The notes beneath the pieces are model-generated. The model saw only the letters and a program-made list of their open reading frames with translations. It was not told the origin of the DNA and did no database searches. From Acidimicrobiales bacterium (GTDB lineage: Bacteria > Actinomycetota > Acidimicrobiia > Acidimicrobiales > Aldehydirespiratoraceae): a stretch of DNA of 64,000 nucleotides. Positions 63,595-64,000 of this stretch are shown one piece after another. Position numbers and translations under genes: made by a program. The first letter of the stretch is position 1. Every line of letters begins with the position of its first letter. The stretch lies in NCBI GenBank assembly GCA_040219515.1, contig JAVJSI010000016.1, positions 61,390 through 125,389 of the forward strand, in the 5' to 3' direction.

Positions 63595-64000
63595 TCAGGG
63601 GCGCACGTCGAGTTGTGGCAGCACGTCGACGGCGCGCTGGCGGAGCCAGTGGTCGGCCAGGGTGAGCAGCACCATCGCCTCGACCATCGGCACCGCCCGG
63701 GGGAGTACGCACGGATCGTGGCGGCCCCTGGCGGCGAGGGTGGTGGCCTCACCCGCTCGTGTCACGGTGTCCTGTTCGCTGGCGATCGTGCCCGTGGGCT
63801 TGAAGGCGACCCGACAGGTGATGTCCTCGCCGTTGGAGATTCCGCCCTGTATGCCGCCGCTGTGGTTGGTCGTGGTGCGGGGACCGTCGGGACCCGGCGC
63901 GAACGGATCGTTGTGGGCCAGGCCCGTCATCAGCGTGCCCGCGAATCCGCTGCCGATCTCGATTCCCTTCGCTGCGGGCAACGACATCAGGCCACCGGCG
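63595..64000 (-). CDS. aroC: Chorismate synthase, C-terminal part (N-terminus beyond the right edge)
   Basis: [11 protein letters not shown]...[16 protein letters not shown]...[17 protein letters not shown]. The frame stays open upstream of the track Met to base 64000. Confidence 0.9.
   Translation of the reverse strand, partial: AGGLMSLPAAKGIEIGSGFAGTLMTGLAHNDPFAPGPDGPRTTTNHSGGIQGGISNGEDITCRVAFKPTGTIASEQDTVTRAGEATTLAARGRHDPCVLPRAVPMVEAMVLLTLADHWLRQRAVDVLPQLDVRP

Overview
High-GC (actinobacterial-type) chromosomal window, densely coded and mostly core metabolism. The gcvH / FHA / MerR / DUF151 / MerR / gcvT synteny and the codon bias suggest an actinobacterium, possibly Acidimicrobiia-like; that placement is inference. 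The clearest accessory element is an ~8.6-kb integrative island in the 3-prime end of tRNA-Pro(GGG). It is bounded by a perfect 44-bp direct repeat (8513..8556 and 17122..17165) and carries a tyrosine integrase, an excisionase-like HTH and winged-helix genes. Its cargo is a co-directional block: a sigma-70-like protein, a GHKL/MORC-type ATPase, a DUF4338 (DruA)-like protein and a small HNH nuclease. I consider the ATPase + DUF4338-like + HNH trio the best candidate for an undescribed defence (anti-phage or anti-MGE) system, because it matches no named system I know. Other items worth a second look:
- selD encodes an in-frame UGA selenocysteine with a SECIS-like hairpin, and ORF calling splits it.
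- A 1429-aa membrane protein places a cytoplasmic HD-GYP domain between TM segments, ahead of ~1000 aa of cadherin-like repeats.
- A cobalamin riboswitch precedes a btuFCD-cobOUTSC operon.
- A divergent pair of SLH-domain envelope hydrolases.
- A PD40 beta-propeller lipoprotein with a near-identical 174-bp-period internal duplication.
- Tandem RmlC-like cupins in a small sugar-modification cluster.
- An ECF sigma / anti-sigma / M15 peptidase module.
No CRISPR array or rRNA was seen, and the only intact tRNA is tRNA-Pro. All functional calls come from reading motifs in the supplied translations and my own hand translations. No database search was run.
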